Shown: positions 31,488-41,562, counted from the stretch's first letter. The stretch: 64,000 bases of DNA from Chloroflexota bacterium (GCA_027623675.1 JAQBVF010000001.1:117497-181496), one strand, 5' to 3'. Notes: generated from the letters alone by a model not told the origin. Numbers and translations are program-made.

Positions 31488-32645
31488 ATGGGTCCAGCAG
31501 CAGGCGCGATGCAAGACCTGAAAACCCACATCACCGAGTATGCCGGCCAGTGCGGGTTCGACCTGGTGCGGATCACCGGGGCCAATGCGTTCGCCGAGGA
31601 GCGCGACGCCGCTCTGGCGCGCATCCAGGCCGGGCAGATGGACGGCCTGCCCTGGTTCACCGAGTCCCGGGTCCGGCGCGGCGCTGACCCAGAAGCTCTG
31701 CTCCCCGGCGCGCGGTCCATCATCTGTCTGGGTCTGAGCTATCTTGGCCCCGGATCAGAGGAACCACCGGAACCCGGTAGGGGAAAGATCGCCCGCTACG
31801 CCAGGGTGAAGGACTATCACCGCGTCATGAAGCGGCGGATGAAGGCCTTTGTGCGCGGCTTAGAAGAGCATCTCGGAGAAACTGTCGCGGCACGCTGGTA
31901 CGTGGATGACGGCCCCATGCTGGACCGCGCGGCTGCGGCCCGGTCCGGGCTTGGTTGGTTCGGCAAAAGCACCAACATCCTCACCCCGTCCCACGGCTCA
32001 TGGGTGCTGCTTGGGCAGGTGATCACCGACCTGGAACTGATGCCCGACGCACCCTCGAAAAAGACCTGCGGCGCCTGTGTCCGCTGCATCGACGATTGCC
32101 CCACCGGCGCCATCGTGGCCCCGTACGTGGTCGACAACGCCCGCTGCATCTCCTACCAGACCATCGAGAACCGCGGCGTCATTCCCGTCGAGATGCGGCC
32201 GCTCATCGGCGATTGGATATTCGGCTGCGACATCTGCCAGGACGTTTGCCCGGTCAACCGCAGATCAAAGCTGCCCCAGTTGCCCATCCCCCCGGCTGAT
32301 GCGGTGGGCGCGGCGGGAGAGGTTGATCTGGAGGAGATACTGTCACTGACCGAAGAGGAGTTCCGAAACCGGTTCCAGGGCACGTCGGTCATGCGGGCCA
32401 AACGCGTCGGCCTACAGAAGAATGCCTGTGTGGCGCTGGGGAACGCAGGGAACCGGTCGGCGGCGCCGGCGTTGGAGCGCGCCATGGAGACCGGCGAACC
32501 AATGGTGCGGGGGCACGCCGCTTGGGCCCTGGGGAAGATCGCTGGTCCAAAGGCAAAGGCCGTCTTGGACCAGTCGCTGACAACCGAAGACGACCCCTAC
32601 GTCCGGGGAGAGATTGAGGCGGCGCTGCGGGAGTTCGTTCTCTAA
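31488..32645 (+). CDS. queG: Epoxyqueuosine reductase
   Basis: IARYA...DYH, GLGWFGK, CGACVRCIDDCPTGA, CISYQTIE, FGCDICQDVCP, HEAT tail. Confidence 0.95.
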   Translation: MGPAAGAMQDLKTHITEYAGQCGFDLVRITGANAFAEERDAALARIQAGQMDGLPWFTESRVRRGADPEALLPGARSIICLGLSYLGPGSEEPPEPGRGKIARYARVKDYHRVMKRRMKAFVRGLEEHLGETVAARWYVDDGPMLDRAAAARSGLGWFGKSTNILTPSHGSWVLLGQVITDLELMPDAPSKKTCGACVRCIDDCPTGAIVAPYVVDNARCISYQTIENRGVIPVEMRPLIGDWIFGCDICQDVCPVNRRSKLPQLPIPPADAVGAAGEVDLEEILSLTEEEFRNRFQGTSVMRAKRVGLQKNACVALGNAGNRSAAPALERAMETGEPMVRGHAAWALGKIAGPKAKAVLDQSLTTEDDPYVRGEIEAALREFVL

Positions 32646-32662
32646 CTCGACTACGAACTCGA

Positions 32663-33220
32663 CTAGGCGGACTGGGCCGTTTGGGCGTTGCCTGACCCCG
32701 CTTTCTTGCGGCCTCCGGAACGGCGGCGGCGCTGGTTGTTGGCCGGCGGGTTGAAGTCGGCGGGAACGTAGCCCTTGCCGAAGTGGAGCTTCTTCATCTC
32801 TTCTTCTATCAGGATGAAGTCGTTCTTGGGCAGCAGATGAAGGTTGGCCTGGAAGGCCATGTACCAATCCTCGGGGTTCCACCGCTTGATGTACTCGAGG
32901 CGGGGCGCCAGCATGTTGGCGTCGATGAACTGACTGTCCTCCAGGATCACACCGGGCTTCAGCTTGATGTGGTAGGGGAAGCCGGTACTACCCTCCTTGA
33001 CCCAGATCTCTTCCTCGGCTTCATAGAACGAGGACATGGCGGTCGCGGTGGCGGCGAAGCAGCGCCGGTGGGAGATATAAAGGAGCACGCGGTCTCCCTC
33101 GGTGATCCGCTGCACCTTGCGCCGGTGTTGCGCCTTCAGGCCCAAAAGAGTGAATCCCCGCTCCTTCGTGATGCGGTAATTCTCCTCGTTATTGATCATC
33201 ATCCAAAAATTGCTGGGCAT
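32663..33220 (-). CDS. EVE domain protein with a basic tail
   Basis: FWMMI, VQRITEGDRVLLY, W....FPY.IKL, DF.LI. Confidence 0.8.
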   Translation of the reverse strand: MPSNFWMMINNEENYRITKERGFTLLGLKAQHRRKVQRITEGDRVLLYISHRRCFAATATAMSSFYEAEEEIWVKEGSTGFPYHIKLKPGVILEDSQFIDANMLAPRLEYIKRWNPEDWYMAFQANLHLLPKNDFILIEEEMKKLHFGKGYVPADFNPPANNQRRRRSGGRKKAGSGNAQTAQSA

Positions 33221-33506
33221 ACACACCTCGAAAACCAGACCGTGGGCCATCTCACGCCCTACAGCCAAACCCGCTTCATTCTATCATGATAAAGACTATC
33301 AATCGCTAAAGAGCTGAAGACAGCAAGATATCAATGATGATGGGGCCGCCGTGTCTGATCTTCCGGCAATTTCTTCCGGGATATTGTGCTGTCTTGGGGG
33401 GTGTTGTAACATCAGGCGGGCTTCGGCAGGTTTCCACTAGGCAGGCTTGGCTGACCCCGGCTCGGCACTCGCGGCAATCGCGGATCATTTAAGAGGAATA
33501 ATCATT

Positions 33507-34682
33507 ATGACCACTGGGAACACGGGACAACGGGACATCGCCATCGTCGGCGTGGCCGAATCAGACGTTATGGGTACGGTCCCCAACAAGTCTTCGCTGC
33601 AACACCACGCCGAAGCCGGCCACAACGCACTGGCTGACGCCGGACTGTCCAAGAGCGACGTTGACGGCCTGTTGACCGCCGGCGGCTCCACCTTGGTCAC
33701 CGCCGAGTACATGGGTATCCACCCAACGTTCACCGACAGCACCACCGTCGGCGGGTCTTCTTTCGTGATCCACGTTGCCCACGCCATGGCAGCCATCCGC
33801 GCCGGTTACTGCGAGGTGGCCCTGATCACCCACGGTCAGGCCGGTCGCTCGGCCAGGGCCCGGTTCCCCGCGGACGGCAATCTGCCTTTCCAGCAATACG
33901 AAGCGCCCTATGGGTTCATTGGAGCGCCGATCAACTACTCGCTGGCCTGCTCGCGGTACATGCACCAGTTCGGCGAGGACCGCACCCGCCAGGGCATGGC
34001 CGAGATCGCCGTGGCCACCCGCAAATGGGCCAACCTGAACCCCAAGGCCCTGATGCATGACACAACAATGAGCTTCGATGAGTACCACGACTCTCGCTGG
34101 GTGTCCTGGCCCTTCCACCTTTTCGACTGCTGTTTGGTAACCGACTCGGGCGCGGCCATCATCGTGACCACCGCCGAACGGGCCAAGAGCCTCAAGAAAG
34201 CGCCGGTCTGGGTGTTGGGCGCCGGTGAAGGTCACGACCACAACCTGGTTAGCCAGATGCCCGACTACACCTCTACCTGGGCCAGGCGGTCCGGGCCGCT
34301 GTCCATGCAACGGGCCGGCATCACCCACGACGATCTGGACCTGACCATGATCTATGACTCCTTCACCTACACCGTGATGGTGACTTTGGAGAGCATGGGC
34401 TTCTGCGCACCGGGGGAGGCCGCCGACTTCGTGGCCAACCAACGGACGGCGCCCGGCGGCGATTTCTCGCTGAACACCAGTGGCGGCGGACTGTCGTACA
34501 CCCACCCCGGCATGTACGGCAGCTTCCTGTTGGTGGAGGCGGTCCGGCAGTTGAGGGGCGAGGCTGGCGACCGGCAAGTGAAGAGCAAGCGCGACCCCAG
34601 CCAGAACGCCAAGCTGGCCGTGGTCAACGGCACCGGCGGCTCCCTGTCTTCGACCGGAACTGTGGTCTTGGCCACGGATTAA
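33507..34682 (+). CDS. Thiolase-family protein (SCP2/LTP-like)
   Basis: IAIVGVAES, VGGSSF, DCCLVTDSGAA, IYDSFT, NTSGGGLSYTHPGMYG. Confidence 0.88.
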   Translation: MTTGNTGQRDIAIVGVAESDVMGTVPNKSSLQHHAEAGHNALADAGLSKSDVDGLLTAGGSTLVTAEYMGIHPTFTDSTTVGGSSFVIHVAHAMAAIRAGYCEVALITHGQAGRSARARFPADGNLPFQQYEAPYGFIGAPINYSLACSRYMHQFGEDRTRQGMAEIAVATRKWANLNPKALMHDTTMSFDEYHDSRWVSWPFHLFDCCLVTDSGAAIIVTTAERAKSLKKAPVWVLGAGEGHDHNLVSQMPDYTSTWARRSGPLSMQRAGITHDDLDLTMIYDSFTYTVMVTLESMGFCAPGEAADFVANQRTAPGGDFSLNTSGGGLSYTHPGMYGSFLLVEAVRQLRGEAGDRQVKSKRDPSQNAKLAVVNGTGGSLSSTGTVVLATD

Positions 34683-34726
34683 AACCCGGCCCTAGGACCC
34701 CGTCCGGTACACTTTCCCCGCTTCAC

Positions 34727-34762
34727 AAGGCGGCTCACTCCACGAGCCGCCTTTTCATTTTT
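34727..34762 (+). terminator. Intrinsic terminator
   Basis: aaggcggctc/gagccgcctt followed by ttcattttt. Confidence 0.8.
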
Positions 34763-34902
34763 ACCAAAAACTTGCATTTCTCCGCTTATGTTTGGTCAAT
34801 CATCCTTGGATTCACCTATGCTAGGGTGTCTGCATACTATTGGGTCAGCGTCTATGGCGCTCTCTCATCATTTGTTCCGCCGATGGCGAAAGGATTTTGT
34901 AC

Positions 34903-35883
34903 ATGGACCGCACTATTTCCTCTTTTCTTCAGCACCTCATCGTCGAAAAAGGCTTCTCCCGCAACACCTCCGACGCCTACCGCAACGACCTGGGCCAGTT
35001 CTGGGAATTTCTACAGGACCACGGCAGCGGCCGGTCCAAAGAGCACACGGCTGAAAACGGCAACGGCCATACCAATGGCAACGGCAACGGGCACACCAAC
35101 GGCAACAGCGCCTCCCTCTGGGAAACCGTGGACATCAACATCCTCAACCTCTACATCGAGGACCTGAGAGTCCGCAAGGGATACCGCGACACCACCACCG
35201 CCCGCAAGGTGGCCTCCATCAAGTCGTTCTTCGGGTTCCTCTTAGAGAACAGCCTCATCACGGAAGACCCCACCGAGTCACTGGGTTCGCCCCGCGTCGG
35301 CCGCACCCTGCCCAAGTTCCTCCCGGAGGAGGACGTGACCACTCTGCTGGATGCCGCTTATAAGTCGGGCACCAACGAGGGTCAACGCGACGCCGTCATC
35401 ATGGAACTGCTCTACGCCACCGGACTGCGGGTTGGCGAGTTGGTCTCCTTGAACGTGCAGGACGCCGACCTGTCTGAATCCTACATCCGCTGTCTGGGCA
35501 AGGGCTCCAAGGAGCGCATCGTTCACCTGTACCCCAAAGCCTTGGAAGAGCTGCGGCGCTATCTGAAGCAGGCCCGAGTGGCGCTGCTGGGCCACCGCCG
35601 CACCGAACAGTCGATGTTCGTCAATCACCGCGGCGAGCGCCTGACCCGCCAGTGGGTCTGGACCATTTTAAAGACCTACGCGCAGAAGGCCGGGATCAGC
35701 CAGAACATCACCCCCCACACCCTGCGGCACAGCTTCGCCACACACCTGCTGCAGAATGGGGCCTCACTCAGGCACGTACAGGAGTTGCTGGGCCATTCCA
35801 GCATCTCCACCACCCAGGTGTATACCCACCTGACCGACGGCCACGTGCAGCAAGAGTACGTAAAGAGTCACCCTAGGGCCTGA
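34903..35883 (+). CDS. xerD: Site-specific tyrosine recombinase XerD
   Basis: EKGFSRNTSDAYRNDL, ELLYATGLRVGE, GKGSKERIV, TPHTLRHSFATHLL, LLGHSSISTTQVYTH. Confidence 0.88.
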   Translation: MDRTISSFLQHLIVEKGFSRNTSDAYRNDLGQFWEFLQDHGSGRSKEHTAENGNGHTNGNGNGHTNGNSASLWETVDINILNLYIEDLRVRKGYRDTTTARKVASIKSFFGFLLENSLITEDPTESLGSPRVGRTLPKFLPEEDVTTLLDAAYKSGTNEGQRDAVIMELLYATGLRVGELVSLNVQDADLSESYIRCLGKGSKERIVHLYPKALEELRRYLKQARVALLGHRRTEQSMFVNHRGERLTRQWVWTILKTYAQKAGISQNITPHTLRHSFATHLLQNGASLRHVQELLGHSSISTTQVYTHLTDGHVQQEYVKSHPRA

Positions 35884-35935
35884 TTGCACGGCATCCGGTC
35901 CGTACCCGGATGTTGCTACGAACCAGGCGCGTCAC

Positions 35936-36003
35936 AGGGCAGTCCGGCTCGGCTAGAACGGCGGATAAGCCGGTAATTCCGTGTCTACGGACTGCCCTTT
36001 TTT
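35936..36003 (+). terminator. Long stem-loop with U-tail after xerD
   Basis: agggcagtccg/cggactgccct enclosing about 41 nt, followed by a T-run. Confidence 0.5.
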
Positions 36004-36115
36004 ACCGATTACTGATATAGTTGAACTGTTGCCGTGAGACTGAATCACAGGCTTTCATCAACCTTAGGCAGCCTCAATCAGAATTACAAACACCCTCCTC
36101 AGGAGGAACCCACCA

Positions 36116-36514
36116 ATGGCGGGAAAAGGTCGCCGGGCCGCATCCCGGCAAGGACAACTGAAACGAAAGCGGGTCCAGAAGGGACCCAGCGGAATCCCCA
36201 CAACCCGCCGCACTACCGCGGTTGACGGGGGCGAACAACCCGTGGGCATCACTGCGGGCGTCGAGGATGCCGAGTTGGAAGGCGCCGCCGAGGCCGCGAT
36301 GCCAGCCGAAGCTCCTGTGGCAGCCCCTCGCACGCGCCGGCCGTCTACCGTCGCCCGCACCCCTCATGGCGAGTTCTCCGGAGCGGGGCAACAGGGCCGG
36401 CTGCGGGGCGAACGCCCGGCAGCCTACCTGTTTGCCGGCGCGGAATTCCGGCGCATCATGGTCCTCACCAGTGTTATCGTCGCAGCCCTAATAGTCCTGG
36501 GAATAGTCCTCTAG
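36116..36514 (+). CDS. Hypothetical protein with basic N-terminus and C-terminal TM helix
   Basis: AGGAGG RBS; EFRRIMVLTSVIVAALIVLGIVL tail; 5 nt upstream of uvrC. Confidence 0.75.
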   Translation: MAGKGRRAASRQGQLKRKRVQKGPSGIPTTRRTTAVDGGEQPVGITAGVEDAELEGAAEAAMPAEAPVAAPRTRRPSTVARTPHGEFSGAGQQGRLRGERPAAYLFAGAEFRRIMVLTSVIVAALIVLGIVL

Positions 36515-36519
36515 CCAAT

Positions 36520-38385
36520 ATGCCTCTACCGCTGGTAGAACAGCGTTTAAGGGCCACCCCGGAAAGTCCTGGCGTCTATTTGATGAAGGACCCTCGGGGG
36601 ACAGTGCTCTACGTTGGGAAGGCCAGTGTTCTCCGCAACCGCCTCCGGCAGTACTTCGGTTCCCCAACCAACCTGCCCAACAAGATCCGGCGCATGCTGG
36701 GGCATCTCCACGACTTCGAATACATCGTCACCGACTCGGAAGCCGAAGCGCTGATCCTAGAGAACACCCTGATCAAGCGGTACAAACCCCGCTACAACGC
36801 CCGGCTGAAAGACGACAAGACCTACCCCTACCTCAAGATCGACCTGAGCGAAGACTTCCCCCGGGTCTACATCACCCGGAGGGTGGCGAAAGACGGCGCC
36901 AGGTATTTCGGCCCCTTCGCCACCTCCAACACCGTTCGCAAGACCATGGACCTGGTCAAACGCCTGTTCCCCTACCGGTCGTGCACCAAGAACATCACCG
37001 GCAAAGACGCCCGGCCCTGCCTGGAATACTACATCAACCGCTGCGTCGCCCCCTGCACCGGCTACGCCAGCAAGGACGACTACGCCAAGGTCATCGGCCA
37101 GGTTGTCATGTTCATGGATGGCGACACCGGCGCCGTGACCCGGGACCTGAAAGTCAACATGGACCGGGCATCGGAGGACCTGGAGTTCGAGCGGGCCGCG
37201 GTGCTCAGGGACCGGATCAAGGCCGTGGAGAAGGTGGCCGAAGAACAACGGATCAAGGTCGATGCCAACCCGGTCAGCGACATGGACGTCATCGCCCTAG
37301 CCCAGGGAAGCAACGAGTCCTGGGTTGAGGTATTCTTCATCCGCAAGGGGAAGCTGGTGGGCAGGGACCACTTCTTCATGGAGGGCACCGAGGACGACAC
37401 CGAAGCCCTGGTGGTGGGCCAGTTCATCAAGCAGTTCTACCAAACTGCCGCCCTGGTGGTGCCGCCGAGGGTGGTGTTGCAACACGAGCCCGAAGACGCT
37501 GAGACCATCACCCAGTTGCTGCGGCAGATCCGCGGCGGCGCGGTCCGGCTGGTCTGCCCCAAGCGCGGCGTTCACCGGGAACTGGTCGAGACGGTGGCCG
37601 AAAACGCCCGCCAGGGCTTGATGCAACACCGCATCACCTGGATGGGCAACAACGACATCATCCAGCAGGCCATCTCCGACCTGGAAGAGGAACTTAGCCT
37701 GCCGCTGCCGCTCCGCCGCATGGAATGCTACGACATATCCCACATCCAGGGCAGCAATACCGTGGCCAGCATGGTGGTCTTCGAGGACGGCAAACCCAAA
37801 CCCGCTCACTACCGCCGTTTCAAGATCAAGACGGTGGACGGAGTGGACGACTTTGAGAGCATGCGCGAGGTCCTGCGCCGGCGTTTCAAGCGTTTGGCCG
37901 CCGCACGGGCCGCCGAGGCGCGGGGCGAAGGCGAAGGGGCCGGTATCGACAGCTTTGGCGTCATTCCCGACCTGGTGTTGATCGACGGCGGCAAGGGCCA
38001 GCTCTCGGCCGCCTTGGAAGTGTTCTTGGAGCTTGGCTTGGACGACGTTCCCCTGGCCTCCCTGGCCAAAGAGAACGAGGAGTTGTTCGTCCCGCACACG
38101 CCGGAGCCCATCATCCTGCCGCGGGACTCCCAGGCCCTCTACCTGGTGCAGCGCATCCGCGACGAAGCCCACCGGTTCGCCATCACCTACCACCGGAATC
38201 TGCGCAGCAAGAGCAGCTTGAAATCTCCCATCGACAACGTCTCCGGCATCGGGCCCAAACGCAAGCGAATGCTCATGCGCCGCTTCGGTACCCTAAAGGG
38301 TATCAAGGAGGCGGCGGTGGACGACCTGGCATCGGTACCCGGCATGACCCGATCCTTGGCGATCAGGCTGAAGCAGACCATTTAG
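36520..38385 (+). CDS. uvrC: Excinuclease ABC subunit C
   Basis: PGVYLMKD..YVGKA (GIY-YIG), LKDDKTYPY, ECYDISH, LIDGGKGQL, RDEAHRFAI, HhH. Confidence 0.97.
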   Translation: MPLPLVEQRLRATPESPGVYLMKDPRGTVLYVGKASVLRNRLRQYFGSPTNLPNKIRRMLGHLHDFEYIVTDSEAEALILENTLIKRYKPRYNARLKDDKTYPYLKIDLSEDFPRVYITRRVAKDGARYFGPFATSNTVRKTMDLVKRLFPYRSCTKNITGKDARPCLEYYINRCVAPCTGYASKDDYAKVIGQVVMFMDGDTGAVTRDLKVNMDRASEDLEFERAAVLRDRIKAVEKVAEEQRIKVDANPVSDMDVIALAQGSNESWVEVFFIRKGKLVGRDHFFMEGTEDDTEALVVGQFIKQFYQTAALVVPPRVVLQHEPEDAETITQLLRQIRGGAVRLVCPKRGVHRELVETVAENARQGLMQHRITWMGNNDIIQQAISDLEEELSLPLPLRRMECYDISHIQGSNTVASMVVFEDGKPKPAHYRRFKIKTVDGVDDFESMREVLRRRFKRLAAARAAEARGEGEGAGIDSFGVIPDLVLIDGGKGQLSAALEVFLELGLDDVPLASLAKENEELFVPHTPEPIILPRDSQALYLVQRIRDEAHRFAITYHRNLRSKSSLKSPIDNVSGIGPKRKRMLMRRFGTLKGIKEAAVDDLASVPGMTRSLAIRLKQTI

Positions 38386-38452
38386 CCTCCGCTCCTGTAC
38401 GCCTGGCCCACGCCTGGCGCAACCCCGGTTTACACTTATACCCAATATTTGA

Positions 38453-38481
38453 TTGCCATTAAGCAAACCGTGTTGTACGAT
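38453..38481 (+). promoter_or_regulatory. Sigma70-like promoter
   Basis: TTGCCA-17 nt-TACGAT. Confidence 0.65.
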
Positions 38482-38530
38482 GTACTTCCGTGCCCATCAA
38501 TGGGTATCCCAGGCAGGTTCGCCGAGCTAG

Positions 38531-38601
38531 ATTCCTGACTGATTTCCGGCTATTTTCCGACTGAATTCCAACCGGTTTCCGGCTCTGGTTTTCTTGGTTC
38601 C
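38531..38601 (+). repeat. Phased ~11-bp degenerate repeat array (TTCC core)
   Basis: TTCC at 38532, 38544, 38555, 38566, 38577 and 38598. Confidence 0.65.
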
Positions 38602-38619
38602 CCTGGTTTTAATGTAACT

Positions 38620-39354
38620 ATGGTCAAAGTTTCAATATCCCTGCCCAACAACACTCAGATCACCTTTGAGTCTGAGGAGTCCGAGGTGTTGCATGAGGTG
38701 GTGGGAATGGTGCTGCGTGACCTGCCTAGGGATCTGATGCGGTCGCAAGACCCCAGTGCACCGGTGGAAAAAAGTACCGGAGTTGCAACTACAACGGCCT
38801 CCGCCGTGCTATCGCCCGTGGCCCCAACCATAACCCCGGAACCTGCCGTGGTCTCTGAACCTATCATCGACTCGGAACCCGTGACGGTGGCCGAGACCGC
38901 GCCGCCGCCCGCTACACCGGCACCAGTGGCTCCCGTTGCTGCGCAAGTCTCACAGGAATCGGCTCCGCCGCCATCTGCGCCACCGCGGTCCGCTTCATTG
39001 GACCGGACAACCACGGACCCGGTGGCCGCCACAGCCGAGATGTCTCCGGAACTCCTTTCTGAGGAAGGCCGGGCCAATTTCGTGGCGTTCTGTCGGCAGA
39101 CCAACCCCCTGGGCGACATGCGCCGGGTGGTGGTGGCCGCCGAGGGCGCCAGCCGGCATTTCGGCCTGGACGGTGTGAATGCCGACGACCTGGCCGATCT
39201 CTTTGACATGGCCGGGTGGCGGCGTCCGGGCAACTTCACCCAGACTCTGCGCAACGCCGCCCGCTCCAAGTTCGGCTGGCTGGAACGCATCCCGGGCCGT
39301 TCGGGCCGCTACGCCGCCACCCCCCTGGGTCTCTCCAAAACCGTCGATAGCTAG
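38620..39354 (+). CDS. Hypothetical protein: small N-domain, Pro/Ala/Thr linker, C-terminal winged-helix-like domain
   Basis: ADDLADLFDMAGWRRPGNFTQTLRNAARSKFGWLERIPGRSGRYAATPLG. Confidence 0.75.
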   Translation: MVKVSISLPNNTQITFESEESEVLHEVVGMVLRDLPRDLMRSQDPSAPVEKSTGVATTTASAVLSPVAPTITPEPAVVSEPIIDSEPVTVAETAPPPATPAPVAPVAAQVSQESAPPPSAPPRSASLDRTTTDPVAATAEMSPELLSEEGRANFVAFCRQTNPLGDMRRVVVAAEGASRHFGLDGVNADDLADLFDMAGWRRPGNFTQTLRNAARSKFGWLERIPGRSGRYAATPLGLSKTVDS

Positions 39355-39542
39355 GCGGGCGGCGCTGCCCCGGTTAGTTATAGTTTCCACGGCTTTATAT
39401 TTCCATCTGGGTTCCTTTCATCAATCGGTAACGCTCTGGCGTACACGCTTGGCCTAGGAATTCGTATAATGGCTGCTGGGCCGGCGTCTGCCGCGCCCCA
39501 GACCGGCGAGCGATCCCCTGATAGGAGAACGGCAGAGACTGG

Positions 39543-40286
39543 ATGGAGATATTAACAACTGCGCCCAAGCGGGCCATGGCGGTTACGCCCCACCCCGATG
39601 ACTGCGAAGGCGGGTGCGGCGCCTCGCTGTCCAAATGGGTCCACGAATCTGGGACCGTCGGGGCAGTGGCCATGTGCACCAACGGCAACAAGGGAACCGG
39701 CGACCGGGACATGACCTCGGAGCGCCTGGCCGCCACCCGGGTGGTGGAGCAGCGGGCCGCCTCCGATATTGTCGGCATCTCGGACGTGGTTTTCCTGGCC
39801 CATCCCGACGGCGGGTTGGAGGACACCGAGCTATTCCGCAGTCAGGTGACCCGCGAGATTCGGCGGTTCAAGCCCGATGTGATTCTCTGCATCGACCCGT
39901 ACCGCAGCAAGACCCATACCCACCGCGACCACCGTATGAGCGGTCGAGTGGCTTTGGACGCGGCATTCACCTACGCCTGGAGCTACCAGCACTTCCCGGA
40001 GCAGATCACCGAAGAAGGACTGGAACCCCACCGCGTGGAGCAGGCCCTTATGTGGGGCAGCGAGGACCCCGACGTTTTCGTGGACATCCAGCCCTACCTC
40101 GACGTGAAGGTCGACTCCCTGGGCGCCCACGCCAGCCAGATGTCATCGTCGAGAGAGGAACGCCTGGAGCGGATCAAGAACAACTCGGGCCGCCACAAAG
40201 AGCTTACCGGCCTGGATTACGTTGAGGGATTCCGCCGGATCACCTTCAACCTGGGCTCGCTGGACTGGCAGTTGCTCCACCGGTAG
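39543..40286 (+). CDS. PIG-L family deacetylase
   Basis: PHPDDCE, TNGNKG, HPDGGL, HRDHR, HASQ. Confidence 0.9.
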   Translation: MEILTTAPKRAMAVTPHPDDCEGGCGASLSKWVHESGTVGAVAMCTNGNKGTGDRDMTSERLAATRVVEQRAASDIVGISDVVFLAHPDGGLEDTELFRSQVTREIRRFKPDVILCIDPYRSKTHTHRDHRMSGRVALDAAFTYAWSYQHFPEQITEEGLEPHRVEQALMWGSEDPDVFVDIQPYLDVKVDSLGAHASQMSSSREERLERIKNNSGRHKELTGLDYVEGFRRITFNLGSLDWQLLHR

Positions 40287-40370
40287 CCCCGGCCCGCGCC
40301 TGTACCAGGGACCACCTTAAAACTCCAGCGCCTCAACACTCCTGACCTAAAACCAAGAACGGAGAACACG

Positions 40371-40694
40371 ATGCCTGTATTTGAACTCCGCACCTACACC
40401 CTCTACGTCGGCAAGATGGGCGAGGCCATAAAGCACTACTCGGAGTCGGGCTGGCCGGCGCTCCAGAACGGCGGATTCGACAAGAAACTTGTCGGTTACT
40501 TCACCAGCGATGTTGGGACCATCAACCAACTGGTCCACCTGTGGAAGTTCGACAGCGACGAAGACCGGCGCAACCACTGGTCCACGCTCTTTGCCGACGA
40601 GCCGTTCATGGCCTTCGCCGCCAAACTCCGACCGTTGGTCATGCAACAAGAGGTCAAGCTGCTGCTGGAAGCTCCCTGGGGTCCGCACCCTTAG
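40371..40694 (+). CDS. NIPSNAP family protein
   Basis: FELRTYTL, GYFTSDVGTINQLVHLW. Confidence 0.9.
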   Translation: MPVFELRTYTLYVGKMGEAIKHYSESGWPALQNGGFDKKLVGYFTSDVGTINQLVHLWKFDSDEDRRNHWSTLFADEPFMAFAAKLRPLVMQQEVKLLLEAPWGPHP

Positions 40695-40743
40695 CGTCTC
40701 GGTTCCCTGATTCGACTCCCAAACGCCTTCCACATGGTCCGCA

Positions 40744-41562
40744 ATGAATACAGACCGAACGGAACAGCCGGCAGCCCTATACTCCGTTGAGTACGGCCAA
40801 GACGGACCGCCGATCGTGTTGCTGCACGGCCTTGGTGGCGCCAGCAGCGCCTGGGAAGCGGTGGCGCGGTCGCTGTCGCCGCGAAAGGTCATCGTGCCTG
40901 ACCTGCTGGGATTCGGGAGGTCTCCCCGGAGCAACTCAGCCTATAGCATCGAAGAGCATCTGGACGCTTTGTTGCGGTTGGTTAGGAACAAAGGGCTGCA
41001 GAACGAGCGGTTCGACTTGGCCGGTCATTCGATGGGGGCCATCCTCGCGGCAGCGTTCGCCAGCCGACACCAAGACTTGGTTCGAGGCCTGGCGTTGGCC
41101 GGACTGCCGATCTACCGGTCGAGAGAACAGGCGCTGGAAAGAAGCAAAGAGCTGGGTATACTGGCCCGCTGGATCCTGGGGGAAAGCCCCATGGCAAAAA
41201 TCATGTGTCAGCTCATGTGCCTCTTACGCCCAGGGCTGATCATGGCTGCCCCCTATTTCCTTCCCGGTCTCCCGCCAAACGTCGCCCGAGACGCCTTCCG
41301 GCACGACACCGCCTCATTCTTCGGCAGCCTGCAGAACGTGGTCCTAGGCGATCGATTGGACGGCATACTCGATTCCCTGTCCCAGCGCCCGGTCCTGGTC
41401 ATCCACGGTGAATCGGACAAGATCGCCCCGTTCGAGTTGGTCCAACGCCTGCCCAAGAAATATCCTGGCTGGCGGTACGAGTTTGTGGCAAACGGCGGCC
41501 ACCTCATGCCGATCAAGCAGCCAGAGTTAGTCGCCCAACTGCTGAGGGACATCCCCGGTTGA
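40744..41562 (+). CDS. Alpha/beta fold hydrolase
   Basis: LLHGLG, PDLLGFGRS, GHSMG, HGESDKI, GGH. Confidence 0.9.
   Translation: MNTDRTEQPAALYSVEYGQDGPPIVLLHGLGGASSAWEAVARSLSPRKVIVPDLLGFGRSPRSNSAYSIEEHLDALLRLVRNKGLQNERFDLAGHSMGAILAAAFASRHQDLVRGLALAGLPIYRSREQALERSKELGILARWILGESPMAKIMCQLMCLLRPGLIMAAPYFLPGLPPNVARDAFRHDTASFFGSLQNVVLGDRLDGILDSLSQRPVLVIHGESDKIAPFELVQRLPKKYPGWRYEFVANGGHLMPIKQPELVAQLLRDIPG

Noticed and set aside
34903..35883. Tyrosine recombinase as the integrase of the comM island
   Set aside because: It has housekeeping XerD features and host-like codon usage, and lies 20 kb from the island
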